This document shows, in pieces, positions 1-7,040 of a stretch of DNA of 64,000 nt (position 1 is the first letter of the stretch; the number at the start of each line of letters is the position of its first letter). A program made the translations under genes and the position numbers. This DNA comes from Eubacteriales bacterium (GTDB taxonomy: Bacteria; Bacillota; Clostridia; Oscillospirales; CAG-272). The stretch is from positions 86,114 through 150,113 of the forward strand of contig JAZNGE010000009.1 of NCBI GenBank assembly GCA_045576315.1. The letters are read 5' to 3'. The notes beneath the pieces were generated by a model. The model ran no database searches. It saw only the letters and a program-made list of their open reading frames with translations, and was not told the DNA's origin.

Positions 1-4
1 TGAT

Positions 5-997
5 ATGGATGTGATAGACGAAAACGGCAACAAGCTTGAACGTAAAAATGTGAGAGCCTGCATTGTGTGTGGTAAGCCTGGGCGCGAATGTGCCGCGGGA
101 CGACTGCACAACGTGGCAACAATAGCAGATATCACGGCAAATATTATAACCGAGCATTTCTCTGCCCTGGATTCGCAAAAATTGGGATCTATGGCAGTTA
201 AGTCGCTAATACAAGAGGTTGAAACAACCCCCAAACCCGGTCTTGTGGATTTGCGCAACAACGGCAGTCATAAAGACATGGACGTTAATACTTTCCGCAA
301 GAGCGCCGACTCGCTGGAGTCATACTTTGTTGAATGTGTCAGAATTGGAATCAAAACAAAAAATAACTCTCATGCCGAAACGTTCAAGCAGCTTCGCTCA
401 ATCGGCATTGAAGCCGAAAAAACAATGTATCGCGCAACAGGTGGCATCAATACGCACAAAGGAGCTATATACTCTATGGGAGTGCTCCTTGGTGCTATTG
501 GCCGAAGCTGGACTCCCGACGTGCCCGTTTCCAAGATCGGCACAATCGTCGCAGAAGCCGCATTGTTGGTACAAGATTCCACTATCGCTGATTTCAATTC
601 TGCCAACGGAAAAACGGCAGGAGAGCGACTTTTCATCGAACACGGTATTAAAGGTATTCGCGGCGAAGTAGCATCAGGATTTCCGTCGGTAATCAACTAT
701 TCTCTGCCTACATATGAAAACGCGATAAGCAACGGCCTTGCGCCAAATGATGCCGGTGTTCTTTCGCTGCTAAAATTGATCTCCACGATCGATGATACAA
801 ACATTTATCACCGCGGCGGTGCTGATGGGTCTTGCTATGCAAAAGAATATGCTTCTCGGCTCTTTGATCGCGAACTTGACTTAACTGCCGTCGAGGAAAT
901 GGACGATGAATTTATAAAACGCAATCTATCGCCCGGCGGTGCTGCCGATCTTTTAGCAATAACATACTTCTTATACAAAATTAAAAATTTCAAATAA
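5..997 (+). CDS. citG: triphosphoribosyl-dephospho-CoA synthase (CitG/MdcB family), possibly 5'-truncated by the window edge
   Basis: 330-aa ORF with TPKPGLVD..NGSHKDM, GGINTHKGAIYSMG and C-terminal NLSPGGAADLL motifs typical of CitG. The frame stays open from position 2. About 30 extra N-terminal residues with a CxxC patch suggest a longer or fused gene. Confidence 0.85.
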   Translation: MDVIDENGNKLERKNVRACIVCGKPGRECAAGRLHNVATIADITANIITEHFSALDSQKLGSMAVKSLIQEVETTPKPGLVDLRNNGSHKDMDVNTFRKSADSLESYFVECVRIGIKTKNNSHAETFKQLRSIGIEAEKTMYRATGGINTHKGAIYSMGVLLGAIGRSWTPDVPVSKIGTIVAEAALLVQDSTIADFNSANGKTAGERLFIEHGIKGIRGEVASGFPSVINYSLPTYENAISNGLAPNDAGVLSLLKLISTIDDTNIYHRGGADGSCYAKEYASRLFDRELDLTAVEEMDDEFIKRNLSPGGAADLLAITYFLYKIKNFK

Positions 998-1068
998 AAA
1001 AGCTCCTTTTCGGCTTCTTCTCATAAGGATGTTTACCAAATTGTAGGGACCGGCGTCCTCGACGGTCC
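995..1068 (+). repeat. left arm of an imperfect inverted repeat (partner 2038-2114), ending in a GTAG-prefixed GC-rich hairpin
   Basis: TAA-AAAAGCTCC-N10-CTTCTCATAAGGA-TGTTT-N8-GTAG-GGACCG(1047-1052)/CGGTCC(1063-1068). Block order and N10 spacing match the reverse complement of 2038-2114. Confidence 0.7.
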
Positions 1069-1083
1069 GTGACACATAAATTT

Positions 1084-1109
1084 CGGCAGAGAACTTGTTT
1101 CCTCTGCCG
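1084..1109 (+). terminator. hairpin downstream of citG (possible terminator)
   Basis: CGGCAGAG(1084-1091)/CTCTGCCG(1102-1109), 8-bp stem with a 10-nt loop, followed by ATTTGTGG. The U-tract is weak. Confidence 0.35.
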
Positions 1110-1123
1110 ATTTGTGGTATAAT
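1095..1123 (+). promoter_or_regulatory. sigma-A-type promoter with extended -10
   Basis: TTGTTT(1095-1100), 17-nt spacer, TATAAT(1118-1123), preceded by TG at 1115-1116 (TGgTATAAT). Confidence 0.5.
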
Positions 1124-1138
1124 GGAGCTAACGAAAAG

Positions 1139-1334
1139 CCTCCCTCCGAGAGGGAGGTGGCACGCGTAGCGTGACGGAAGGAGCCTACGTGACTTTAGAT
1201 TTGTACTAACTTCATTGTAACGCACTCTCCCTCACCCGACTCCGTCGGGAGCTCCCTCCCGGAGGGAGCCTCTGGACGCGCTCGTGCATCTTTAGGGGCG
1301 TGAGCTTAGCCCTGTGCCTTTGTAATACAAAGGC
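1139..1334. repeat. cluster of short GC-rich palindromes
   Basis: CCTCCCT/AGGGAGG 1139-1157; CACGC/GCGTG 1161-1173; CCCGAC/GTCGGG 1235-1249; GCTCCCTCC/GGAGGGAGC 1251-1269; GCCTTTGTA/TACAAAGGC 1316-1334. Confidence 0.7.
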
Positions 1335-1391
1335 GAAACTGGTGATAAAACTAACATAGAATTATATACGGAATTTTGAAAGGAAGTTTGC

Positions 1392-1940
1392 ATGTCTATT
1401 AAGTCCAGGAATAGAGCGTATAAAAATCAAAATCAACGATCTGCCTCAAGTCCATTGAATTCTCAAAAACAGGCGTTAAAACTTAATATGGTTTACTGCT
1501 TAGCATCTTCTGTGGTGTTATTTGCACTTAACATACTCGGAATCATAGTTGTTTTTCAAGGGGAAAATACTCGACAAATATTGGTTTTGAGTATCATTGA
1601 AATGATCTTCGCAGGAACATTTATACATTGTTTTATTGCTTTTGGGCGACGATTCAAAATTTATCAGCAACTAAATAAAATTCAATTTTCAACAGAACAG
1701 TTATTTCCAATACTTTGTAACAAAATCTCGTTCTTATATAAACCAATATCAAAACATTTTTCAAGCATAATATGTATTATAATTGTAGATGAATACGGAA
1801 ATAAATTCTACTATGTGTATCCATCAAAAGAAGCCCCCAGTGAATTCGGTAATAAATTTATTAAGCAACAATGTTTAGGAAAACATTTGGAATTAAATTG
1901 TTACAAAAACACCTATATGATAAAGACCTTGTTTATATAA
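1392..1940 (+). CDS. hypothetical membrane protein (two predicted TM helices plus ~100-aa C-terminal domain), AT-rich orphan
   Basis: 182-aa ORF. RBS AAAGGAAG lies 6 nt before the ATG. Hydrophobic stretches are VYCLASSVVLFALNILGIIVVF and ILVLSIIEMIFAGTFIHCFIAF. The gene has its own terminator. It is visibly more AT-rich than its neighbours and uses TTA and ATA codons that they avoid. Confidence 0.6.
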   Translation: MSIKSRNRAYKNQNQRSASSPLNSQKQALKLNMVYCLASSVVLFALNILGIIVVFQGENTRQILVLSIIEMIFAGTFIHCFIAFGRRFKIYQQLNKIQFSTEQLFPILCNKISFLYKPISKHFSSIICIIIVDEYGNKFYYVYPSKEAPSEFGNKFIKQQCLGKHLELNCYKNTYMIKTLFI

Positions 1941-1966
1941 CAAAGTAATTGATTCGGATGCCAAAT

Positions 1967-2001
1967 AACCCCGACAGACCTTTCGAAAATCTGTCGGGGT
2001 T
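1967..2001 (+). terminator. rho-independent terminator of the orphan ORF
   Basis: AACCCCGACAGA(1967-1978)/TCTGTCGGGGTT(1990-2001), 12-bp stem followed by ATCTCTTTG. Confidence 0.7.
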
Positions 2002-2037
2002 ATCTCTTTGCTTTCTGCGTATCAAATTTGTTTATCC

Positions 2038-2114
2038 GTAGGGGCGACCATTTGTCGCCCCTACAAAACAATATCAAACTTCCTTATGAGAAGTCCGCTT
2101 TTCGGAGCTTTTTA
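2038..2114 (-). repeat. right arm of the inverted repeat (partner 995-1068), including a perfect 11-bp GTAG palindrome
   Basis: The reverse complement reads TAA-AAAGCTCC-N10-CTTCTCATAAGGA-AGTTT-N11-GTAGGGGCGAC(loop 5)GTCGCCCCTAC. The hairpin spans 2038-2064. Confidence 0.7.
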
Positions 2115-2384
2115 TTCTTTTGTATGTCTGTTTTTCTTTGCCATTTCCGAGACCTCGCGAAGCCTCGACGATATGTACTCATAACCTTTTTCAGTATGAG
2201 GAATCAAACACGCGGAGCAATCCTTGATGCCGTCCTCAATGTACACAAAATTACCGCCGCACTGATCTCCCAAGGGAAACAGCGGACAGCAGCAGAACAT
2301 GCAATTGAAGACTTCGCCTGAAGTTTTATGGCAAGGAAAATATTCACAATCTTCGTTTTTAAAATAAGTATATCCGTTTTTCAT
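2112..2384 (-). CDS. cysteine-rich small domain protein (zf-like metal-binding family)
   Basis: 90 aa. DCEYFPCHK..FNCMFCCCPLFPLGDQCGG..DCSACLIPH is the pattern of the Cys-rich small domain family. RBS AGAGGTG. Confidence 0.75.
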   Translation of the reverse strand: MKNGYTYFKNEDCEYFPCHKTSGEVFNCMFCCCPLFPLGDQCGGNFVYIEDGIKDCSACLIPHTEKGYEYISSRLREVSEMAKKNRHTKE

Positions 2385-2462
2385 ATGCGCACCTCTGTCG
2401 TTTACTTAATTATATATGAAACAAACGCGAAAATCAACCCATTTTATAAAATAAACAAAAAT

Positions 2463-2488
2463 GCCGACAAGATTTATACCCTGTCGGC
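2463..2488 (-). terminator. terminator after the tyrosine phosphatase gene
   Basis: GCCGACA(2463-2469)/TGTCGGC(2482-2488), with T/A tracts on both sides, immediately after the stop at 2495. Confidence 0.65.
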
Positions 2489-2494
2489 GTTTTT

Positions 2495-3199
2495 TCATTT
2501 CATCATATTAAAGATTTCATCCGATTTAATACGAATAGAATCCAGAGAATCTCCGAACACGGATTTTGCGCGCGCAAAGTTTTTGTACGCTTTGGGATCA
2601 GTACCGTGAATGTCGCTGCCAAGTGCAACTACATAGCCCTCTTTAGCCCACTCAAGTATATGCTTCGGCTTAAAAAGCTTAGCCATAGAGTCGGCATTTA
2701 CTTGAAGCATATCAACCCCAATATCCAACATCTGCTCAATATTTTCTTTGGAATATCGATCAACATGAGCTAGTATGACCTTGTAACCCATTCGCATTAT
2801 TTTTTCAACAGTGTCGCAATATTCTTGCCTAAAATCAGTGAAAGGGAGTTCTATCAAGAGGTAGTCAGTACCCTCAAGGCAAAGCTGATCAAGCCCCTCG
2901 AATTTCTCTAATCCCTGACAAAGCAACACCTCTGCACCTAACTTTACTTTCGGCTCTAGATCGCTGCACGCATCGAATAAAGCCTGCACGCACGCAGCTC
3001 GCTTTTGCAAGAATTTATCAAGCGTGTGCTTATGCGGATAAAAATGCGGAGTAGCTATAACGCGAGTCACGCCTTCGGAAGAAGCAAGCTTAAGCTGCTT
3101 AAGAGAAGTAGAAACTGAATCGGATCCATGGTCAGCTCCGGGGAGAATATGCGAATGAAAATCGACAACGTCGAATTTTCTACTATCCATAAAACTCAC
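2495..3199 (-). CDS. PHP-family protein-tyrosine phosphatase (CpsB/YwqE type)
   Basis: 234 aa with N-terminal DFHSHILPGADHG and ATPHF motifs. Confidence 0.85.
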   Translation of the reverse strand: MSFMDSRKFDVVDFHSHILPGADHGSDSVSTSLKQLKLASSEGVTRVIATPHFYPHKHTLDKFLQKRAACVQALFDACSDLEPKVKLGAEVLLCQGLEKFEGLDQLCLEGTDYLLIELPFTDFRQEYCDTVEKIMRMGYKVILAHVDRYSKENIEQMLDIGVDMLQVNADSMAKLFKPKHILEWAKEGYVVALGSDIHGTDPKAYKNFARAKSVFGDSLDSIRIKSDEIFNMMK

Positions 3200-3205
3200 C
3201 TCTAT

Positions 3206-3946
3206 TTAGGTAGAATAGTAACCGGAGTTCTTATATGTTTTATAAGCGCCGCTTGCGTTTTTGGGATTCACAGCAGAAAGCACGATACCAAAAACTTCAC
3301 CGCCTACATTTTTAACGATCTGAACTGCTTCGGAAAGCGAGTTGATATTTGAATAATCTGCTCTCGATGCCATGATATATCCATTGATCTTGTCAGCCAA
3401 GAGCACAGCGTCAGATACGACCGTAACGGGCGGAGTATCAAGAATGATATAATCGAACTGCTCGGAGCACTTGTCGAGCAACTCGCTCATGCGCTTTGAG
3501 TTTATAAGTCCGATCGGATTGGCACTCTCTGCACCGGAGAAAAGAATCGAAAAATTAGGAATATCTGTATCAACGATATTCGGTTCTTCGTGAATTCCGG
3601 CAAGATACTCGGACAGACCACCGTTTGCCGCCTTATCATTGTGATACTTTGAAAGAATTCTGGCAACACGAGGCTTTCTCATATCGCAGTCAATGAGCAA
3701 TACACGCTTGGTTTCAGAGTTCTTTGCGAGTGTGATCGAAAGGTTTATCGAGATATAAGTTTTTCCCTCGCCAGAAAATGCGCTGGTCATTGCTATTTTG
3801 CGGCACTTATCTTCAATGGGAAGATAAAGCACCTTAGTATAAAGAGCGCGAAACGCCTCGTTGATAGCAAAGGGGGTATTGTCATCGATAAGTCTGAGTG
3901 CATCTACCTTATCGTTGGAGTGCGCTTTGTTTTTCTTTAAAAGCAT
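3206..3946 (-). CDS. BY-kinase catalytic subunit (CpsD/CapB/YwqD-type tyrosine-protein kinase)
   Basis: 246 aa. Walker A SAFSGEGKTYISINL, Walker B-like LLIDCDMRKP and IILDTPP, and a C-terminal Tyr-rich tail YKTYKNSGYYS. Confidence 0.9.
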   Translation of the reverse strand: MLLKKNKAHSNDKVDALRLIDDNTPFAINEAFRALYTKVLYLPIEDKCRKIAMTSAFSGEGKTYISINLSITLAKNSETKRVLLIDCDMRKPRVARILSKYHNDKAANGGLSEYLAGIHEEPNIVDTDIPNFSILFSGAESANPIGLINSKRMSELLDKCSEQFDYIILDTPPVTVVSDAVLLADKINGYIMASRADYSNINSLSEAVQIVKNVGGEVFGIVLSAVNPKNASGAYKTYKNSGYYST

Positions 3947-4671
3947 TACGATCTTCCCTCCTCTGCTACGGAAATTTCATGTCTGGGAATAACGCCGAGG
4001 ACAGGAATGTCTATGTTATCCTCAATTTTCTTAACGGAACGAATTACTACGTCAAAGAAGGAATGCGCCCAAACAATTGCGGCGGTAAGGACAAATCCAA
4101 CCACAAACGCTATAAGAGCCTTGGTAACTGCATTTTTGCTGTTGGGAGCACCGGGAACAGACGGATCCTCAAGCACGCTTGAGAGAAGCGCGTTTTTAAC
4201 CAAGCCGCTTTCTCCCTGTATGTATGTTTCAATACCGCTGGTTATCGCGAGTGCCACATCATATGCAAGCTCGGGATTGGTTGAAGTAACACTAACCCTG
4301 AAAACAGCAGTCTCATCCATCTGAGAAATGGAAATCATTCTCTTTATGCTGGCGGGAGAGAGCTGATATTTAGCAAGCGACCCGTTGCTGATAACCAACT
4401 TTAAAAACTTTTCGCTTTTGATGGCTATATTATAGACACTTACCATCTGTTCTGCAGCCTGAAGGTCGTTCGTTGATGTAGTCGTAGAATTAGTTCTCTC
4501 ATTGTAAACGTAAACGATTGACGAGGAAGTATAAGTATCATCCTGTAAAACTACGGTGTAGACAGATATTGCCGCACACAAAACTACAGCAACAAGCAGC
4601 ATCAACCACAGCTTAGGAAGAAAAATTTCGATCAAATCCTTAAACGTCGTTTCTTTTCTTTTCTTAATCAT
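3946..4671 (-). CDS. Wzz/CpsC/YwqC-type chain-length determinant (BY-kinase transmembrane activator)
   Basis: 241 aa with N- and C-terminal TM helices flanking a soluble domain. Its stop overlaps the kinase start at 3946. Confidence 0.85.
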   Translation of the reverse strand: MIKKRKETTFKDLIEIFLPKLWLMLLVAVVLCAAISVYTVVLQDDTYTSSSIVYVYNERTNSTTTSTNDLQAAEQMVSVYNIAIKSEKFLKLVISNGSLAKYQLSPASIKRMISISQMDETAVFRVSVTSTNPELAYDVALAITSGIETYIQGESGLVKNALLSSVLEDPSVPGAPNSKNAVTKALIAFVVGFVLTAAIVWAHSFFDVVIRSVKKIEDNIDIPVLGVIPRHEISVAEEGRS

Positions 4672-4722
4672 ACAAACCTCTGTGGAGTGTTTTTTGTTAA
4701 TTCAAATAAGGAATACTATAAG

Positions 4723-4749
4723 AAAATCGGGAGCAAAGCACCCGATTTT
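4723..4749 (-). terminator. terminator after the lipoprotein gene
   Basis: AAAATCGGG(4723-4731)/CCCGATTTT(4741-4749), 9-bp stem. Confidence 0.65.
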
Positions 4750-4757
4750 CCATACAA

Positions 4758-5849
4758 TTAATTTGCTTTGTTGAAAACAGAATCAGCGTTCTGCTTCTCG
4801 CCGTTCTTAGCGATCTCAGCAGTCCAGCCAATCTCATCGCAATAACTTGCAACGAATATGTTACCGGTGTATTTAATATTCATACGATAAGTATTCGTAC
4901 CATCGTTTACCATGAGAATTTCACCGTCGTCGGAAAGGGTGTAATTAGTACCGTATACGCCATACTGAAGAAGGTTACGAAGCTCAACGTCGCTGTTAAG
5001 CGCATAAATGATCTCCATTGCGCGATTATCAATAACATCGTTGCCGGTGTTAACTATTGCAAACGCAGAAGAATATGCCTCGTTAAGATTTACGGTAGGC
5101 TTCTGAATTACGTTACAAACATTTTTGTTGTCTGCTTCAAGCTCGCCCTTAAGCGAATATGCGCCGTTCTGTATGTATACATACTGCTCGGAGTTGTATC
5201 CGGCCTTCTCCATATCTTGACGAAGTGCTTCGGTTGCATCATAGGTTGTATAGCTAACAAGCTCGGTCAAGCTATACTTAAGCTGCTGCTCTGCTACTTC
5301 TCTATCGATAACGAGATACTGATACTCACCGATAACGTGATTGTTGGGTACCGCATAAATAAACTCGTTGCCTTCCTTGTCGGTGTTCCAAACGCACGCA
5401 TCAAGGAGAGTGGTGGGGATCTTAACGTTAAGAGTACCGTATGCGGGAAGCTGAAGATATCCGGCAAGGTTTTCAAGCTTTCCGGTATTGTAGAGCTTTC
5501 TCATGAAGTCATAAGAGTTAACGAGCACGATGTTAGCTGCATCTGCTTCGGTAGAGTTAACGGCAGCAAGTGCAACCTGCTCATACTCATTAGCAGAAAC
5601 ATACTTAACATTGACTTCGGTATAGTATGTAGTGAGAGTGTGCTGCGCTATCATACGGCTTACGGTCTGCTTTGCGTTGTCGGAGGTCTCATCATCAACG
5701 ATGATGTACATATTAAGCGAAACCTCTTCTGTTTCCGGTACAGGCGGCGGATAGTGATCAGGCACCTTACCGATTTCATCATCACCGCAGCTGACAAGCA
5801 TTAATGAAGCGAAAACCAAGCACAATACTAAGAATAAAATTTTCTTCAT
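4758..5849 (-). CDS. lipoprotein of unknown function (possibly solute-binding-protein-like)
   Basis: 363 aa. Signal peptide with lipobox MKKILFLVLCLVFASLMLVSC. RBS ACGGAGGT. The gene has its own promoter and terminator. Confidence 0.7.
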   Translation of the reverse strand: MKKILFLVLCLVFASLMLVSCGDDEIGKVPDHYPPPVPETEEVSLNMYIIVDDETSDNAKQTVSRMIAQHTLTTYYTEVNVKYVSANEYEQVALAAVNSTEADAANIVLVNSYDFMRKLYNTGKLENLAGYLQLPAYGTLNVKIPTTLLDACVWNTDKEGNEFIYAVPNNHVIGEYQYLVIDREVAEQQLKYSLTELVSYTTYDATEALRQDMEKAGYNSEQYVYIQNGAYSLKGELEADNKNVCNVIQKPTVNLNEAYSSAFAIVNTGNDVIDNRAMEIIYALNSDVELRNLLQYGVYGTNYTLSDDGEILMVNDGTNTYRMNIKYTGNIFVASYCDEIGWTAEIAKNGEKQNADSVFNKAN

Positions 5850-5888
5850 TTTGGAATGAAACCTCCGTGAAAATATATCATCTTAAAT

Positions 5889-5917
5889 ATTTTACAATAT
5901 AATAGGTAAAATGTCAA
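5889..5917 (-). promoter_or_regulatory. sigma-A promoter of the lipoprotein gene
   Basis: Minus strand: TTGACA(5917-5912), 17-nt spacer, TAAAAT(5894-5889). Confidence 0.55.
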
Positions 5918-5962
5918 GTCATTTTATCACTAAATACTTAAAAATGATATTCTTTTTTAAAA

Positions 5963-7027
5963 TTAATTTGCAAGATAGTCTTTGAGAGTTTTGGAGCGTG
6001 AGGGATGTCTAAGCTTTCTGAGTGCTTTTGCCTCGATCTGTCTTATACGCTCACGGGTTATCTGGAACTGCTTTCCAACCTCTTCAAGAGTTCTTGGGCG
6101 TCCATCCTCAAGTCCGAAGCGAAGCTTGATTACCTGCTCTTCACGAGGTGTCAAGGTGTGCAGAATGTTACAAAGCTGCTCACGAAGAAGCGCATACGAA
6201 GCGCTGTCAGAGGGCGCGGGCGAATCATTGTCTTCTACGAAATCGCCAAGGTGGCTATCTTCTTCCTCACCGATGGGAGTTTCAAGAGAAACGGGATCCT
6301 GCGCTATCTTCATTATCTCACGTACTTTGTCGGGAGTGATACCAAGACGCTCTGCGATCTCATCGGTCGTGGGCTCCTTGCCGTATTCCTGAAGAAGCTG
6401 GCGAGCGGTTCTGGACACCTTGTGTATGGTTTCGACCATATGTACGGGAATACGTATGGTACGAGCCTGATCGGCAATAGCACGGGTAATAGCCTGTCTG
6501 ATCCACCATGTTGCATAAGTGGAGAACTTGTAGCCCTTGCTGTAATCGAATTTTTCTACCGCCTTAATAAGACCGAGATTTCCTTCCTGAATAAGATCAA
6601 GGAAATACATTCCCTTACCGACATGGCGCTTAGCAATACTTACAACAAGTCGAAGGTTAGCTTCGATAAGCTCGTCCTTTGCGGACTTCGAGCCGAGAGC
6701 TATCTGCTCGGCAAGATACTTTTCGCGCTCGGGGGAAAGAAGAGGAATCTTGCCTATATCCTTCAAATACATACGGACGGGGTCGTCAATGGCAAGTCCT
6801 TCCTGGAGAAGCAGCTTCTCCATCTTTTCAACTTCGTAAGATTCTACGTCCTTCTCTATTTCCTTGAATGTATCGCCATCAAGTTCATCCGGAACAACAT
6901 TATCAAGATCAGCCTGGGAGATATCATAGTCGATATCTTCAAGCGTCTTCATTATGTTAGAATTGAGAATGCCACCGTCATTCTTAGAGTCGATGATATT
7001 GGTTGCCTGTAATTTTTCGTTTGCCAT
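5963..7027 (-). CDS. rpoD: RNA polymerase primary sigma factor
   Basis: 354 aa with regions 1.2-4.2, including [13 protein letters not shown] and [30 protein letters not shown]. Confidence 0.97.
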   Translation of the reverse strand: MANEKLQATNIIDSKNDGGILNSNIMKTLEDIDYDISQADLDNVVPDELDGDTFKEIEKDVESYEVEKMEKLLLQEGLAIDDPVRMYLKDIGKIPLLSPEREKYLAEQIALGSKSAKDELIEANLRLVVSIAKRHVGKGMYFLDLIQEGNLGLIKAVEKFDYSKGYKFSTYATWWIRQAITRAIADQARTIRIPVHMVETIHKVSRTARQLLQEYGKEPTTDEIAERLGITPDKVREIMKIAQDPVSLETPIGEEEDSHLGDFVEDNDSPAPSDSASYALLREQLCNILHTLTPREEQVIKLRFGLEDGRPRTLEEVGKQFQITRERIRQIEAKALRKLRHPSRSKTLKDYLAN

Positions 7028-7040
7028 ATTTACACCATCC

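Noticed and set aside
971-1225. ORF 971-1225 (-), and ORFs 2028-2321 (+) and 2328-2609 (+) around the repeat cassette.
   Set aside because: They are made of palindromic repeat sequence, or they overlap the well-supported Cys-rich gene and terminators. They have no RBS and implausible composition.
1139-1334. A CRISPR-like array, suggested by the clustered GC-rich palindromes.
   Set aside because: The palindromes differ in sequence and length, are irregularly spaced, and show no repeat-spacer periodicity. No cas genes are present.
6005-7012. Many very long ORFs antisense to housekeeping genes: 6005-7012 (335 aa, opposite rpoD), 12965-13687, 22995-23642, 42893-43615, 47289-48149, 48384-49226, 51626-52447, 55044-55919, 57918-58868 and 58742-59398.
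   Set aside because: Every one is in the codon-aligned antisense frame of the real gene; each offset from the sense stop is a multiple of 3 (for example 6005-5963=42 and 57918-57693=225). In that frame, antisense stops arise only from sense TTA, CTA and TCA codons, which these genes avoid. The ORFs are therefore a codon-usage shadow. Their translations are low-complexity (L/S/R/C-rich) and lack RBSs.
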